Source: Priapulus caudatus (lineage: Eukaryota). Taken from it: a DNA stretch of 64,000 bases. Below, piece after piece: positions 40,301-52,500 of the stretch (positions are counted from its first letter, which is position 1; each line of letters starts with the position of its first letter). The stretch spans positions 433,780 through 497,779 of the forward strand of contig NW_014577065.1 in the NCBI RefSeq assembly GCF_000485595.1, written 5' to 3'. The notes beneath the pieces are model-generated. The model had not been told where the DNA came from, made no database searches, and saw only the letters and a list, made by a program, of their open reading frames with translations. A program made the position numbers and the translations under genes.

Positions 40301-43300
40301 TTGTATATTAGTGTGTGTAACACTGGTTGTGGTTTTTAGGGGTAACAAAAAAAGGCACATGGCATTACTGAGTGAGGCAGCAGACAGCATTCGTGATGGG
40401 GATATTGTAGACAAGATGATTCGCAAGCATAATGAATGGAGTCTTCTGCCTACAGAGGTAGGAATCAAGCACATGTGGTCATATCAGACACATATACATT
40501 GAGTACCACTTGATGAAAGGAGCAGCAATCGCGAAACTCAGTAATAAAATAACCATTATCGAAGTGACGTAAATATTAACCATGAAGATAAAATAAACAA
40601 AATTATCCACTCTCTCCTTTGACGTGCAAGGGCAGAGCTTTACCACGAATTTATCAACAATTGCGACAATAATACGTGTTGTCTATACCAAAAGCTAATT
40701 CCAACAGATTTATAAAAGCCAGTGTATTGCTTATTTGGTTTTTAAACTCGTATGATTAATTACGTGTAGAGCTATATATAGAGGTATATATACTACCAAT
40801 CTAATATATCTATAAATCAAACATAGTTGAGCTGTTATGTGTTATGCACAGATTACATGAGAATGTATGTTTTGCAATTTTATCACAATTACAACTGCGT
40901 TTATCATTTACTAATCAGGCAATGTTTGCAAGTGTTATACCCGGAGAGAATATGAGAGGGTATGTCGGACAAATGGTCACCTTTCCAGGATGGCTCGGTA
41001 AAAACTCGACAACCAGCAAGATATCTCGCCTGATACAGGATCTTCACATGCACATGCATCTCAGGTATGTAGAGGTAGGCGTAGCTCTACTGATGCCTTT
41101 TCATACAGCACCAGTTAGCTGTCGCTATTACATAATCAGTGAACTTGCTGCAGTTTCATTGCTACGATTACCCCACTACAATTCGCTTACAATTTTTAAA
41201 AATTATTAACTATTAGAATGAAAACTAATTTAATCTATGCTTAAAATTCTAGAACAGCTTGTGATATGAACTAATGAATGTGCCTAGATGTGTAGTAGAG
41301 CACAATTTTAGTGTCAATTTCAGTGCAAACAATTTCTCAATTTCTGTGGTTCATGCCATAAGCTGGACCCCTAAAATGTTAGCTGTACCCCTTAAGTTTT
41401 CACTTAAACGGCCCAGCTGGCTATTACTATTTGTGGTAAATTTTCATCATTGCGACCAGGAGGGAAAAGAAATTTGAGGTAATTTAAGAATTAGTATCAT
41501 ATGCACGTGGAGTACATTGATGCAGGACACAGATTCTAGGAACATTCACATTATATGCACACTTTACGTGCCACCTACGTATGTGTGCACGAGTTCCATC
41601 TTAGGAGAAACTATAAAAAGGAGTTTTTGAACAATAAAGAATAGCTGACATTATATTGAGATTTGTTTGTTCAACATTTATTGTACATGTTGTAGGAAAA
41701 AACCCAAACCCTAGACCTTGGTGTTTTGTTGTCACAGAACTGCCTGAAAATCGCTCAGCAAGCAGGAAATTGCCTCCAGAATTCGAACATTGTCCTGGCA
41801 GGCATTTGCTTCTGAACCCTCTTCCTAGCAGCATACACCCCTTTCAGACCTCTCCCCGATCCATCCATAAATATACTGCCTTATGAAATTCCTGTATGTA
41901 TGTGTTCCTGCATTACTGCGGGCATTGACAGTGTTAAAACTAATTATAAGTGTGGTAAACCTTTACTTACTTAGTGGTATATCCCAACTAAGTACTTGTA
42001 GTATCCGTCCCCATCATCACTATGAACAACCATAGCATTACGTAGTAATATATCTTAAGTTTTAATAAATATGCTCAACTTTTATGCAGCGATCAGTTTC
42101 ATTCAGGTTAACTTTTAATATACCAATGCCGTTGTATACAAAGAGATTGAAATGCATAAAACTTTATAATTAGATCACAACTCATTGTGCCATCATGTCA
42201 ACTCATTGTGATGTCTATCAAATCACTTTTACATTCATTTGTGTACAATAACTTTAGGATATCAGGAGACAAGTCAAGTCTGGGACGGGATTATCTGCCA
42301 CACATAAGACACAACCTGACTCAGCCACTGATAACAAAGGGCAGCGATGGCATCGCGGAAGTGATGACAGTAATGGACAATTACTGCCTGCTAAGAGAGG
42401 ACATTGATTCGATCATGGAAGTCACACAGTGGCCAGGCTCTAGGGACCCCATGAGCCAAATAAACCCTAAGGTAGCATATAATATTCAATTTACTGCACT
42501 AAGTTTTCTTTAGCAAGCTTACAATATATGTGAGTGAAGCAAGTGTGGATTGAAACATCAGATTTACTACCAATAAACCTGGTACAATACTAACTTCCAT
42601 TCTATACTTACTTGTGATGTATTGTGAACTTGTACATGACCACTGAGTAGATTTCATGGCGATTACTGTGCACATTTCATGTTTTTCGTTTCGCAATGGC
42701 AGGTCAAGGGAGCTTTTACAAGAACTTACAACAAGGAGGTGCACCTCAACCCCTACTCTATCACTAGTGTTACAAACGGGAAGAGGGGGAAAACAAGAGG
42801 AGGTGGTGCTGAGGGAGAGCTGGATCTCTTGGGAGGGGAAGGAGAGGTGGCACCAGACAGTGAGCACAGTGAGGAGGAAGGTGTAACTGCAGATGCAATG
42901 ATCAAACAGGTACCGCTACTGACAGCAATCTGTAAGATAATTAAGTCAATCAGCGAGGATAACTGGAGTTTAACATGGTGGATGGTCATGTAGCCACTGT
43001 TGAGAGAGAATAAATTGCAATAAATTGCATTAAAAATAACCGCATTAAAAACAATGTATTAAATATCGATTTATCATATTACATAATTTTAATTGAAATC
43101 AGATCCAACTTTTGTCTGATCCCTTCATAAATGTTAACCAATAGCAAAATCCATTAATTGCAGTTATTGTACACATGGGTACCATGGCAACTACGGTTTT
43201 GTTTTGGTATTTGCAAACTCTCACCCATCACCCCGGTTTTGGTATCACTTTCTTACCCATACCAACATCGTAGTAGCAATAATTTGGTGTTATTATACTG

Positions 43301-43521
43301 AGTTAAAATGAAAGTCGGGCCATTTTAGAGCAGCAGATTTGTATAATTATGTATATAATCAATTTCACAATTTTTTATAATTTCAGTCTAAAGCAAAGGT
43401 AGCTGCAGGTAGCAAGAGGAAGGCAGGAGTGACTGCTTCAAAATCTGAAAAAGCAAAGGGTGGCAAGACACATGGATCCCAGGGCACTAGTAAAGCACGG
43501 GGAAAAGGTCGGACTAAATAA
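22302..43521 (+). CDS. RFC1: Replication factor C subunit 1 (~25 exons)
   Basis: ATG|GTAAGT at 22302-22304 is joined to DIRNFFG (29501) to give MDIRNFFG. BRCT exon [21 protein letters not shown] (36190-36369), LLWVDKYKP (~37090), Walker [13 protein letters not shown] (~37570), [43 protein letters not shown], and a basic tail ending in TAA at 43519-43521. Confidence 0.96.
22415..27952 (-). mobile_element. Degenerate BEL/Pao LTR retrotransposon, antisense in RFC1 intron 1
   Basis: LTRs TGT...ACA at 22415-22685 and 27783-27952, flanked by ATATGC / TTATGC. Fragmented ORFs: Gag (27743-26378), zinc knuckle [14 protein letters not shown], protease [18 protein letters not shown]...FYVDD with an in-frame stop, RNase H-like [13 protein letters not shown], and C-terminal [17 protein letters not shown]. 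The integrase core is largely deleted. Confidence 0.93.
24550..24663 (-). repeat. 36-bp unit x3, in-frame tandem repeat in the BEL RT
   Basis: TCATCTTTCCACCAAAGGAAACGGAGTGTATCTCTG three times, encoding ([12 protein letters not shown])3. Confidence 0.9.
28830..29250. repeat. Pyrimidine-rich low-complexity tract
   Basis: Strongly C/T-biased + strand with almost no G. Confidence 0.7.
33976..34910 (+). mobile_element. Helentron-type non-autonomous element (HINE/DINE-1-like) with a ~146 bp tandem array
   Basis: 5' subTIR TGTATCCCCC with hairpin, (GCC)n microsatellite, six copies of the AATTGACCTAGC-containing unit (34081, 34227, 34372, 34518, 34658, 34810), 3' subTIR GGGGGCATACA, palindrome GTAGTTG..CAACTGC and a CTAGTT end. 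Confidence 0.8.
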
Positions 43522-43654
43522 AGGACTTGTTTGTAGAACGCAGGATGCTCGTGCAAGAGATATGTGGTTATTCTTTGACATTTCTGCATATTAGACTAAG
43601 TTGCAACATCGTGCAAGTATATTGTATAGTTTCGTTGTAATTGTGCTCAGATAT

Positions 43655-43976
43655 TCATGGGTAGAAATTAACTTTTGAACAAGGGAGTCCAACGGACTCC
43701 CTGCTCTCAAAAAGAGGGAGTCCGCGGCAAAATGAGGGAGTCCACATCTGAAGTTCAAAATTAAAGATATTAACAATAACGCATGTGCTTATTTTCAAGA
43801 TTCATGCGGTTGCACGTCTGCCAAATTTTCTTTGGGCATTTGCTGAAAAAATACGGTAATTCCATGAGGAACGAACTGTAGTTCGTATGGCATAATTTTC
43901 AGGGAGTCACACGGACTCCTGCATATGTCAAATCAGGGAGTATTTGACTCCGGACTCCCGTTAATTTCGCACCCTG
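43655..43976. mobile_element. MITE in the RFC1 3' region; second copy at 63588-63890
   Basis: TIR CATGGGTAGAAATTAAC / GTTAATTTCGCACCCTG, GGGAGTCC subterminal repeats, and a highly similar reverse-complement copy near the window end. Confidence 0.8.
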
Positions 43977-45085
43977 GACATTGACACTGACATGGTGTAT
44001 ACTCACGAGATCATGAACCTTATGTATACACAGGTTCATTTGTAATATGCATGTAGAATTTATCAAACTAAACAATCATTTAATGTATAATTAAATGCAT
44101 GATCATTTTATGACAAATTAGTCTAGTTAGTTTATGGTCATATATAATACTGTTTATTCGAGACACACTTTATGATCAAGAGGGGAGTATGCATAGATGT
44201 TTGTGTCACAGCATGCAGTATAGGCCAAACTGCAATATTGGCAAGTCTCGCACAAATGACTGCTCCATGTAAAACTACTCTAGTAGTTTAATTTTTCTCT
44301 GCTGATATGAATATAATGGTAGCTTTCAATAAAGGCTGCATAAAAGGTACAGTACTATTTTAGTACTCTGAATGCAGTTGTAAGAAAGTTGTTTCTTATA
44401 TCGTGTCAAAATTTGTCACATCTGTTGTGACAAATTTCATGTGACAGAACAAAGAGAAAACTGAACTGAATGTGATAAAACCACAGTTAATGATAACTGA
44501 TAAGTAAAAATAGTTTTGTAAGCAACCTAATGAGGATATTTGTATGTATTTCAAATTGTACAATGCAACTTTACCCGATATGCATGCATAGATTTATACC
44601 TGTACATACAGTTCCACAGGCTACAGGGCTATTCACATTCACACTGCTGTAAGTAAATATGTCTGACAAAGCACTTCTACTAGAACAAAACGTTAACATA
44701 AGCGTAACTGCATTTTTCAGAAAAAAAACATTTGTTCTATATATTCTATATCCTCTCTTGGTAAATGGGAATTACCACGATCAGCTACTACTAGTTCTTC
44801 TGACCCAATTAACTCTTTACTAGTGTTCCCTGGGTAACTGCAAACCTTAACTAGACATTCCTAACATCTGGGTAAATGACAACGTTTATTAGATTATCTC
44901 CTAGGAACAGCATTTAGTAAATCCTCGTCTGGTCAGGGTTGATCTTATAACTGTAAGTCGATATTTTCGTGAACCACTGGTGATGGTTGGCTCCTTCTGA
45001 AACCTACACTCCTGTGCATGATCACACGGTACTGGAATCTCGTTTAGTCCTTCCTGGAACCTTTCCTAGTCAAGTTGGTGGACCT

Positions 45086-48000
45086 TCACTGGAACTGCTC
45101 CTGGTCAGGGTCAGCCTCTAAAATGACATATTCCTCGTGGGATACGTCTCCATCCTTCCAACAGCTGTTCTGACATGTGTATATCAGGATGGTGCCAAAC
45201 TCCACAGCCGAGCCTGTATGCAACAGCAATCAGCAACTTCATCATCTAAATGAAAATCATCAAGAGTTCAGCATATGTTTGCTACTTAAACACTGTTGAT
45301 ATTCTTATGCAAAGATTTTAAGAGGGTGGCAGAGGGAGGAATTATGTGGTGTTTGCACTTCCAGTACCTGATTTGACTTCCTGATTGCTGAGCTTCAGGA
45401 TACTAACAAGTGTTGGCATCAGCTGCATTTCGTATTGCCTGGGCGACCCACAACTCTTACAGGGAGGGATGATCTGTTGTTCTTTTTTGATGCACCTAAT
45501 ATGGAGAGGTTTCCCACCAATGCAGTACCTGTCAGCAAATAATTAATTATTAACCTTGTATACGACGTTTCCCTATGCATAACTGTATCCATGTAGAGCT
45601 GGAATTTTTAATGAACATATAACTATACCTGCAATAATATCAATCTATAATATATTGATAATGGAACCAAAAATAATAATAAAAATGAATCACCGTAAGC
45701 ACTGTTGAGGACACGCCTGAATTTTCTTGTGAAAGGACTGGAAGACTTGGTCGCCATGCCTTGCAGAGCCCTTCTCATAACCTTCAGATCCTGCTTTAAC
45801 TTTGCCACATGACCCTGAACTGTGCAAATATTATAATTAGACATATATAGAGACCCATTAAAATAACACGATTATTAATGTGAATATTAACGTATCCGGT
45901 CCCTATTGTTTACGTACGAGTACATATATGAACACATAGTACAGGTTGTAAACTGAAATTCATCTCAAACAAATACTTGGATACAAATCGAATATGGCAC
46001 TATTACTTTGTAGGGTTCTCATGACCAGAAAACGTAAAACATTGAAAGACGAGAAATGACTGGAAACTTCGGTGCAACTAATTGCACTGTATTACATCCA
46101 ACCGTCATGACTGTCAATAAAAAAACTGATATGATGGAATTACCTCGCACTAGCCAATAGTTGCTGAAATTGTTTCCCTTCCTGCTTTTCATATGCGACC
46201 AGCAAGTGTGTGATGTGCGCAGTGTCTGGTTGCACTGGTGTCCCCTCTTCAAATGCACTAATGTAGAATGCCCCGAATCTTACGCCCTCCTCTCGTGTCA
46301 CCACCTCTGCCACTTCTCTCCAGGCGGCATTAGCTGATAGTCGAAGTTCCTCGGCAATCACGTTATCAGTCGTTTCAGCATCAATTTCAGCCGATGACAA
46401 TGATGCAGTATCACTCACTGTCATGGCATGCAATGCATCGAGGACTTCCTGACTAGGTTCTGAGCTGGAACTGCACCGATCACCACTGCCAATGACGTCC
46501 TCGGCTACGGTAGCAGCATTAGGCACGCATCGATTACAGGTCTGCTCGTTAAGCTCACTGCTGCCAGATCCCGTGTCTCCCAAATCATCTTCTTTGGCAA
46601 CCAAATTGTTAGTTGACATGACGCCATCTTCCTCATCTCCCCAATCGTCTTCAGACAGACACCATTGGTCAGCGACAGATGCTTTTGCACTCGTGCTGAC
46701 CGCCTCGACTTCCGTATCAATAGTTTGTGTTCTGATTACTTTCCAGCTGAATAATGTTAATTGAATCGAGCTATGGCCAACTTTCTGTTTGGTACTACTA
46801 CTACTAGCATTCAAAGGTGGAGTACATGTATGAATGAAGCTGAAAAATGCTACATACGTCGAACCATGATTAATGTGAGAAATCTAGTTTGATTGAGAAG
46901 TAGCAATTTTGTGCTATTAGGCAAACGTGGTAAACGGATTTAAAAAGTCACCAGTGCCAAATTTTTTATATTAACTCACTGAATACATAATAACTCCAGT
47001 AGAGGTTTATGATACATAAGATTGAACTGCTTTCTCGATATGCATATGTAGTTCAGCTATGTGTACATATCATCTCATTTGTGAAATAATTTGTACATCA
47101 ACCAGTGTAATCTGCACATGCTCGTTATGCAACGTTCAGGTGACAATTATTTATAATTAAATAAGGAATTTGCTATTGCGTATTGGGTGGCACCATTACC
47201 TATCTCACCTTTCTGACTTATTCCAGCAAGTTGGTGCGATGCAGCAGAATATGTAAAGGGTTCGATGATAGGCCGACCCTCCCAGAGGACAGTATATCTG
47301 TACTGTTAACAGCAGCATTTGACCACAAAACGGACACACTGGGTTGGCAAGAGTATCGCCCATCCATGTCTGTAATGGAATGATCAGAAGGCAAGATTTT
47401 AGAAGAAAGGCTGAACAACTCAGGCAATTTAAATAAATTTATTGAACAGTAACGATCATGAAACGGTTATATGAATGACTGCACATATTTATTTTGTGCA
47501 CTTCTCAAGCTATTATAGTGGTCGAATATGCAACGAACTACATGTACAGTATAATGCCTATCCATTTTGAGACAAACTTTAAGCAACTCTCAACATGCAT
47601 TTTCCTTGCATCAAACATTGATCAGTTATTTATACATGTATGACTATTTATGATCAGACTTATATACTAATGAGTTTTCTCAGCAACTTCAAGGACACTA
47701 ACAGTATAGGTGCAATATTCAAGACCCTGGGATCCGCAGTGGTCTACAAACAAGATCGTCTAGCTATAGCTAGGGAACAGCAGTGACATGACTGTTGTAT
47801 TTTTTTTAAATTTCATAATAATTAACATCCTAAGGCCACAATTAATAAAAATCGTTGTTTGCCTTCACCCGACCCAGGCTGAAATGTTTGGGTAGGTAGG
47901 TAGGTAGGCTTTTTTTGATGGGGGTCTTATTACAAATTCAGCACAGAGTCTATACATGCTCGGGTGTGCTTGTTGAATGTTTGTTTTGCTTGGTACATAT

Positions 48001-50140
48001 AATGTATTGCCTACAAATTTATATAATTTACAGTGATACATTTTGTAAAAAAAAATAATGGGCAAGATCAATAAAAAAAATTTGAGTCGGCCCCTTTTTG
48101 GCAGATCGGTCGGGTGAGGGCAAATAAACAATATTTTTATTATGGCCTAAGTAATATAGAGAAATACTCATAATACTGAGTTATACCTACGCTTGGTTTT
48201 CATGTGTCAAAAGACGATATAATGTTAGTTGCAGGATATATGCTCTATATGATCTACATATTTCACTAATTCCTAACCAGCAAATAAATAATAATTTGTT
48301 GTGATCTAAATATTCAAGTTTGTAATATCTGACATATATGATATATTAGCATATATATTTTATCTGAATAAAATACTCGGTTTAATGCGAAGACCATCGC
48401 CTATTACTTGTCCCGAGGTAAGCCACACATTTGCTGTACAGCTTATATATATGTCTACAGGTTGCATACAAACACTGGAATTAGCAGATGGCCTTTTGTT
48501 GCAATCGAACCACTTGCTCACGTCAGTGTAGCATAAGACAGATCAACATCTAACCCGATGGCTGACCCAATGACACTCAGCCAGGTGGCAACGTAGTTTC
48601 GACTCTTGCCCACCCGTGACATGAAGGCAGCTGTGTGACACGGATGTAGCTGAAAGAAGGGCCTTGCTAACACTGGATGCTCCTGCTGAGTGACGAACGT
48701 CCACTTGTCATGACGTGCTGCCTCCTCTGGCAGGAGATACCACACTTCTTCAAGTGAAAGCAGGCAGCCGTTGGTGCGGCACAGGTTGAAGTATGCGACT
48801 GGGACGCCGTAGCTGGCACTGTACACGACATGATACTCGCAGCTGCACAGCTGGGCAATGTGCTTATTGTCACCGTGTGACCATGTCGTCGTCGTCATTG
48901 CAGAGCAGTTCCCCACACTTTGCTCATCGTCACCTATCTTCCAGCCGATGACCTGCTCATCGCTAGGCAGCATCGTAGTTGTGCTAATGGCAGGAAGGCG
49001 GTAGAGTTTTTGAAACTTCTTGCAGAGATAGCTTTGAGCTGGGTCAGCTGTGCTGGAAATCAACTGCCAACTGTCAGATATGCAGTTAGAATGCTGCTGT
49101 AGTTTCACTACATCCTCCATAAAATTATTCCACGAGATTGATCCTGCCATTTCTACAGTCGAGACGGATTCACTTATCACGAATGTAACAGTCTCGAGAA
49201 ATTCGACAGTATGAAGTTTCTCCAGGGTTCCTGATTCATACCAGGATCATTTACCTTTTTAGTCATCTCCTCTTGACCTACATAATGCAGCAATGAGCTA
49301 TCTTCACAAATACTTCGCCTGCACATTAACACAAAGCTATACTCCCTAGCATGCATACATGTGAAATTGCATTAAACCTTGCATCATGTTCACGCATGTA
49401 ACAAAGATTAGTGTAATTTCATCTATGACTTCTTTGACAGTGCCATTGATAGCGCAATCAAGCCGCCAACAACGCCAAACGCCATTGTCACTCCTCCGAC
49501 CACGGCTGCTCCCTGAATAGCTTCTTTCTTCATCCTTTCCTTGATAACGTGCTCTAAACCCTTTGCTTGCCAATTGGTTGGTTCCACCTCAAGAAGCCCA
49601 TGGACAACTCGTAATGCCTCAGTGTAGTTTTTCAGTCTGGTCTGTGCAACTCCAATGTAGAAAATGTAGTCCCTCTTAGCATCCACATCGCCATGCAAAT
49701 ACAGGTCCTTAAAGAGGTCTATACCTTTTTTCATGTCATTCTGGTATTTGCTTCGTATAAGACACCATGCATAATCAAACTGTGCTTGCTTGTTTACATC
49801 ACCTTGAATTAACTGCTTGGTATATATGGTTTCATATTTTTTTAAGTCCTCGGGAGAAACCACATCATCAACTATATTCTCCATTTGCAGGGTAAAGTTT
49901 TAACTAGATCCGATATTTTTCTCTGCTATCTATCCAGTATCTCCAGTCTTCCTGACTCGCTGATAGATTTCCAGCTGCATCAAAATGGAAAATTAAATAT
50001 AAGTAACGGTTGCAAATTATACTATATAGGGTTCAAGCTGCACTTACGGGTTTGCCTCCAATATGGTTGGTGGCGAAGGTCACATTATCACTGTCTCGTA
50101 GCACTTCATCGCACACACCAAGAAGCACCAAGTCACACAT
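45086..50140 (-). CDS. PDCD2L: Programmed cell death protein 2-like (TSR4 family), 6 coding exons
   Basis: Exons 50140-50048 (MCDLVLLGVCDE...NHIGGKP), 47369-47209 (CPFCG...QIYCPLGGSAYHRTLYIFCC...CWNKSES), 46746-46144 (WKVIRTQ), 45819-45694 (EGYEK...CPQQCLR), 45528-45368 (YCIGGKPL...PCKSCGSPRQYEMQLMP), 45213-45086 (VEFGTILIYTC...EADPD). Splice phases are consistent. Confidence 0.93.
47834..48147. mobile_element. PIF/Harbinger-type MITE
   Basis: TAA|GGCCA...TGGCC|TAA with a ~40 bp imperfect TIR (TTTGCCTTCACCCGACC / GGTCGGGTGAGGGCAAA). Confidence 0.8.
48518..49150 (-). CDS. ATG10: Ubiquitin-like-conjugating enzyme ATG10, single coding exon
   Basis: Uninterrupted ORF starting MAGSISW, with CEYHVVYSASYGVPVAYFN, LSLEEVW, TQQEHPVLARPFFQLHPCHT (catalytic HPC) and NYVATWLSVIG. 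Confidence 0.93.
   Translation of the reverse strand: MAGSISWNNFMEDVVKLQQHSNCISDSWQLISSTADPAQSYLCKKFQKLYRLPAISTTTMLPSDEQVIGWKIGDDEQSVGNCSAMTTTTWSHGDNKHIAQLCSCEYHVVYSASYGVPVAYFNLCRTNGCLLSLEEVWYLLPEEAARHDKWTFVTQQEHPVLARPFFQLHPCHTAAFMSRVGKSRNYVATWLSVIGSAIGLDVDLSYATLT
49423..49884 (-). CDS. FIS1: Mitochondrial fission 1 protein, single coding exon
   Basis: 153 aa ORF with EDLKKYE, QFDYAWCLIRSKY, KRDYIFYIGV, LLEVEPTNWQA (TPR-like), a C-terminal hydrophobic anchor and a basic SKKS tail. Confidence 0.96.
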   Translation of the reverse strand: MENIVDDVVSPEDLKKYETIYTKQLIQGDVNKQAQFDYAWCLIRSKYQNDMKKGIDLFKDLYLHGDVDAKRDYIFYIGVAQTRLKNYTEALRVVHGLLEVEPTNWQAKGLEHVIKERMKKEAIQGAAVVGGVTMAFGVVGGLIALSMALSKKS

Positions 50141-51469
50141 CACTATGTGTGAACTGCGACAACTCACAATTAAGAAAGATGAAAGCAGTTGTTACTGTGA
50201 TAGTCGTACCTCACCTGACTGCCAAATCTGAAAAACAAGTATATATGCGCATTACTTAGGTCAAGCTGAACAAACATAACAATCAATCAGGATGCTGATT
50301 ATGGCCTCCAAGAAAATCCAAAGGCCCTCTTCCAGCTTGCTAAAGAAAAAGGTGACTCACCACGCTCAAACCACAACTGGGAATAGATATCATATTTATC
50401 ATTCAACTACGCACCTACAGTGTTTACTGCAAATGATAATTTGTAACAGCCAGTGACTACCTAGTCCACACACCATTCATCCAACCACCAGCCATCGCAG
50501 TTGGGCAGCAGCACAGATGCTCACCAAATAATTCAAACCACGTTAGTATGGGCGGGTATACATATATGAATATAGTACAGAGAGAAGGGAGGAGAGGGAG
50601 GGAGGGAGAGAGATAGTGTGTGTGCGTGTGCGTGTGCATGCGTGTGTGTGCGTGCATGCAAGAAGAGAGGGGCACAGAGTGAGAAAGGGAATGAAAGCAA
50701 GAGAGAGAGAGAGAGAAAGAGAGCGTGTGTCCGTGTGTGAAAGATAGAGAGAAAGAGAGAGAGACATACAGACACAAAGATGGGAAAGCAAGCATGCATG
50801 CAGGATTGGGAGGGAAGACATCACAGGCACTTGGAACATTTAAATAACACAAGTGCCGCAGAGCGACAGCGCTCATCTCACGTCTACTGCAGTGACTCTG
50901 TGGTGGAGTGGTGGGATTCTAGTAAACCCTGTTAGTCCCAAATGTGTTCACATATGCGCCGAAACAGTGGAAGGCACAGGGATGGTATCAGGAACCTTCT
51001 CGAAGGTATGTTCGTTGGGATCGATATGAAAGTTGCCACGAGATGGCACGCACGTTTAAGTGTTTTAAGATTAAAGATGGAAGCTCCCATCGTACGTAGT
51101 AGCAACAACTATTTGCAAGACAGAATAGGTAAGCACTCATACATTTACCTATGCAAGCCTACAGGCTGAAANNNNNNNNNNNNNNNNNNNNNNNNNNNNN
51201 NNNNNNNNNNNNNNNNNNNNNNNNNNNNNNNNNNNNNNNNNNNNNNNNNNNNNNNNNNNNNNNNNNNNNNNNNNNNNNNNNNNNNNNNNNNNNNNNNNNN
51301 NNNNNNNNNNNNNNNNNNNNNNNNNNNNNNNNNNNNNNNNNNNNNNNNNNNNNNNNNNNNNNNNNNNNNNNNNNNNNNNNNNNNNNNNNNNNNNNNNNNN
51401 NNNNNNNNNNNNNNNNNNNNNNNNNNNNNNNNNNNNNNNNNNNNNNNNNNNNNNNNNNNNNNNNNNNNN

Positions 51470-51610
51470 ACGATCCCCCCCTCCCGATGTCCCGAATATC
51501 GTGACCGTACGTCGAGCGGTTAAGATTTGTGCCCAACTGTTGACGGACGCACGCACGGACGATCATGCGATTCTACAAGCTGCATCTGACTTCGTCAGAT
51601 GAGCTAAAAA
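51470..51610 (-). mobile_element. 5' end of a Helentron/HINE-like element next to a gap
   Basis: The reverse complement reads TTTTTAGCTCATCTGACGAAGTCAGATGCAGCT (hairpin), then a CGTC/CGTG microsatellite. A degenerate similar start lies at ~32604 (+). Confidence 0.55.
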
Positions 51611-52500
51611 TGATGGTATATAAAGAAGAAATGTATTGACTACCAAATTCTGAATTTTTATGTATTCCCTATTGACGGCCCAATCCTAGTTTAGCACCAT
51701 GTAATGTCTTTGATGTATCGGCATATTATTATTATACTGACTGTGTGAAGTTTGAAATAAAGATAGTAAACCATATCTAAATCTTTTTGAATCCGTTTGT
51801 GAACAACACACACCCCCGATTAGTTTAGAACTATTGCGAAAACACATTTGTGAGGTACCAAACCACAAGCAGTTTAAACGTTTCAATAGTAAAATGATAG
51901 TAAATAAACACAAAATGTATTTACTACGAAAGTTTCAATGTTTCTCTACTCACTTTCACCTATTATTAGTAATAACTTCCTATAATATGTAACTAAATAA
52001 ATGCTCCTCTGCAACATGCACTTACATCACACGAACGCCACTCGCACTGTGCACAAGCAACTGACTGAACAGTGCCAATACAAATATATTCTCTTAGTTT
52101 CTCTATAATTTGTTGTTCCAATGTTTGTGCACAGTGGCGTGTGTCCAGGGTAGTGCATGTTACGGAGAACATTTGAACGGCACTAGTAAATACATTGAGT
52201 TTATTTACCATCATTTTGTTATTGAAACGTTCCAAGTCAACACTCAGTGACTCAGTGTCACTGTCACTGTCAGTGACTCACGCCGTCGCGAGTCACAACG
52301 CAGTGCGCAAATAAATAATAAAACGTCGAATTTACTAGGATTAATTGGTTATGCGTTACTAATCACGAGAATATTAGTTAATTACCATAAACTTGTGCTT
52401 TGTAATATCATGTAATATATACATGTAAAACTAAGTCAGAGTTACCTTTACGCACACACTCTATAATAATAGTCACTCTCGATATTGGACTACCGACGAC

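Noticed and set aside
44920..45086. Stop readthrough or selenocysteine at the PDCD2L TGA
   Set aside because: TGA falls at the normal family C-terminus, a TAA follows 14 codons later, and no SECIS was recognised.
50893..51005. Plus-strand exon-like segment ending at AAG|GTATGT
   Set aside because: No recognisable protein in any frame and no partner exons found.
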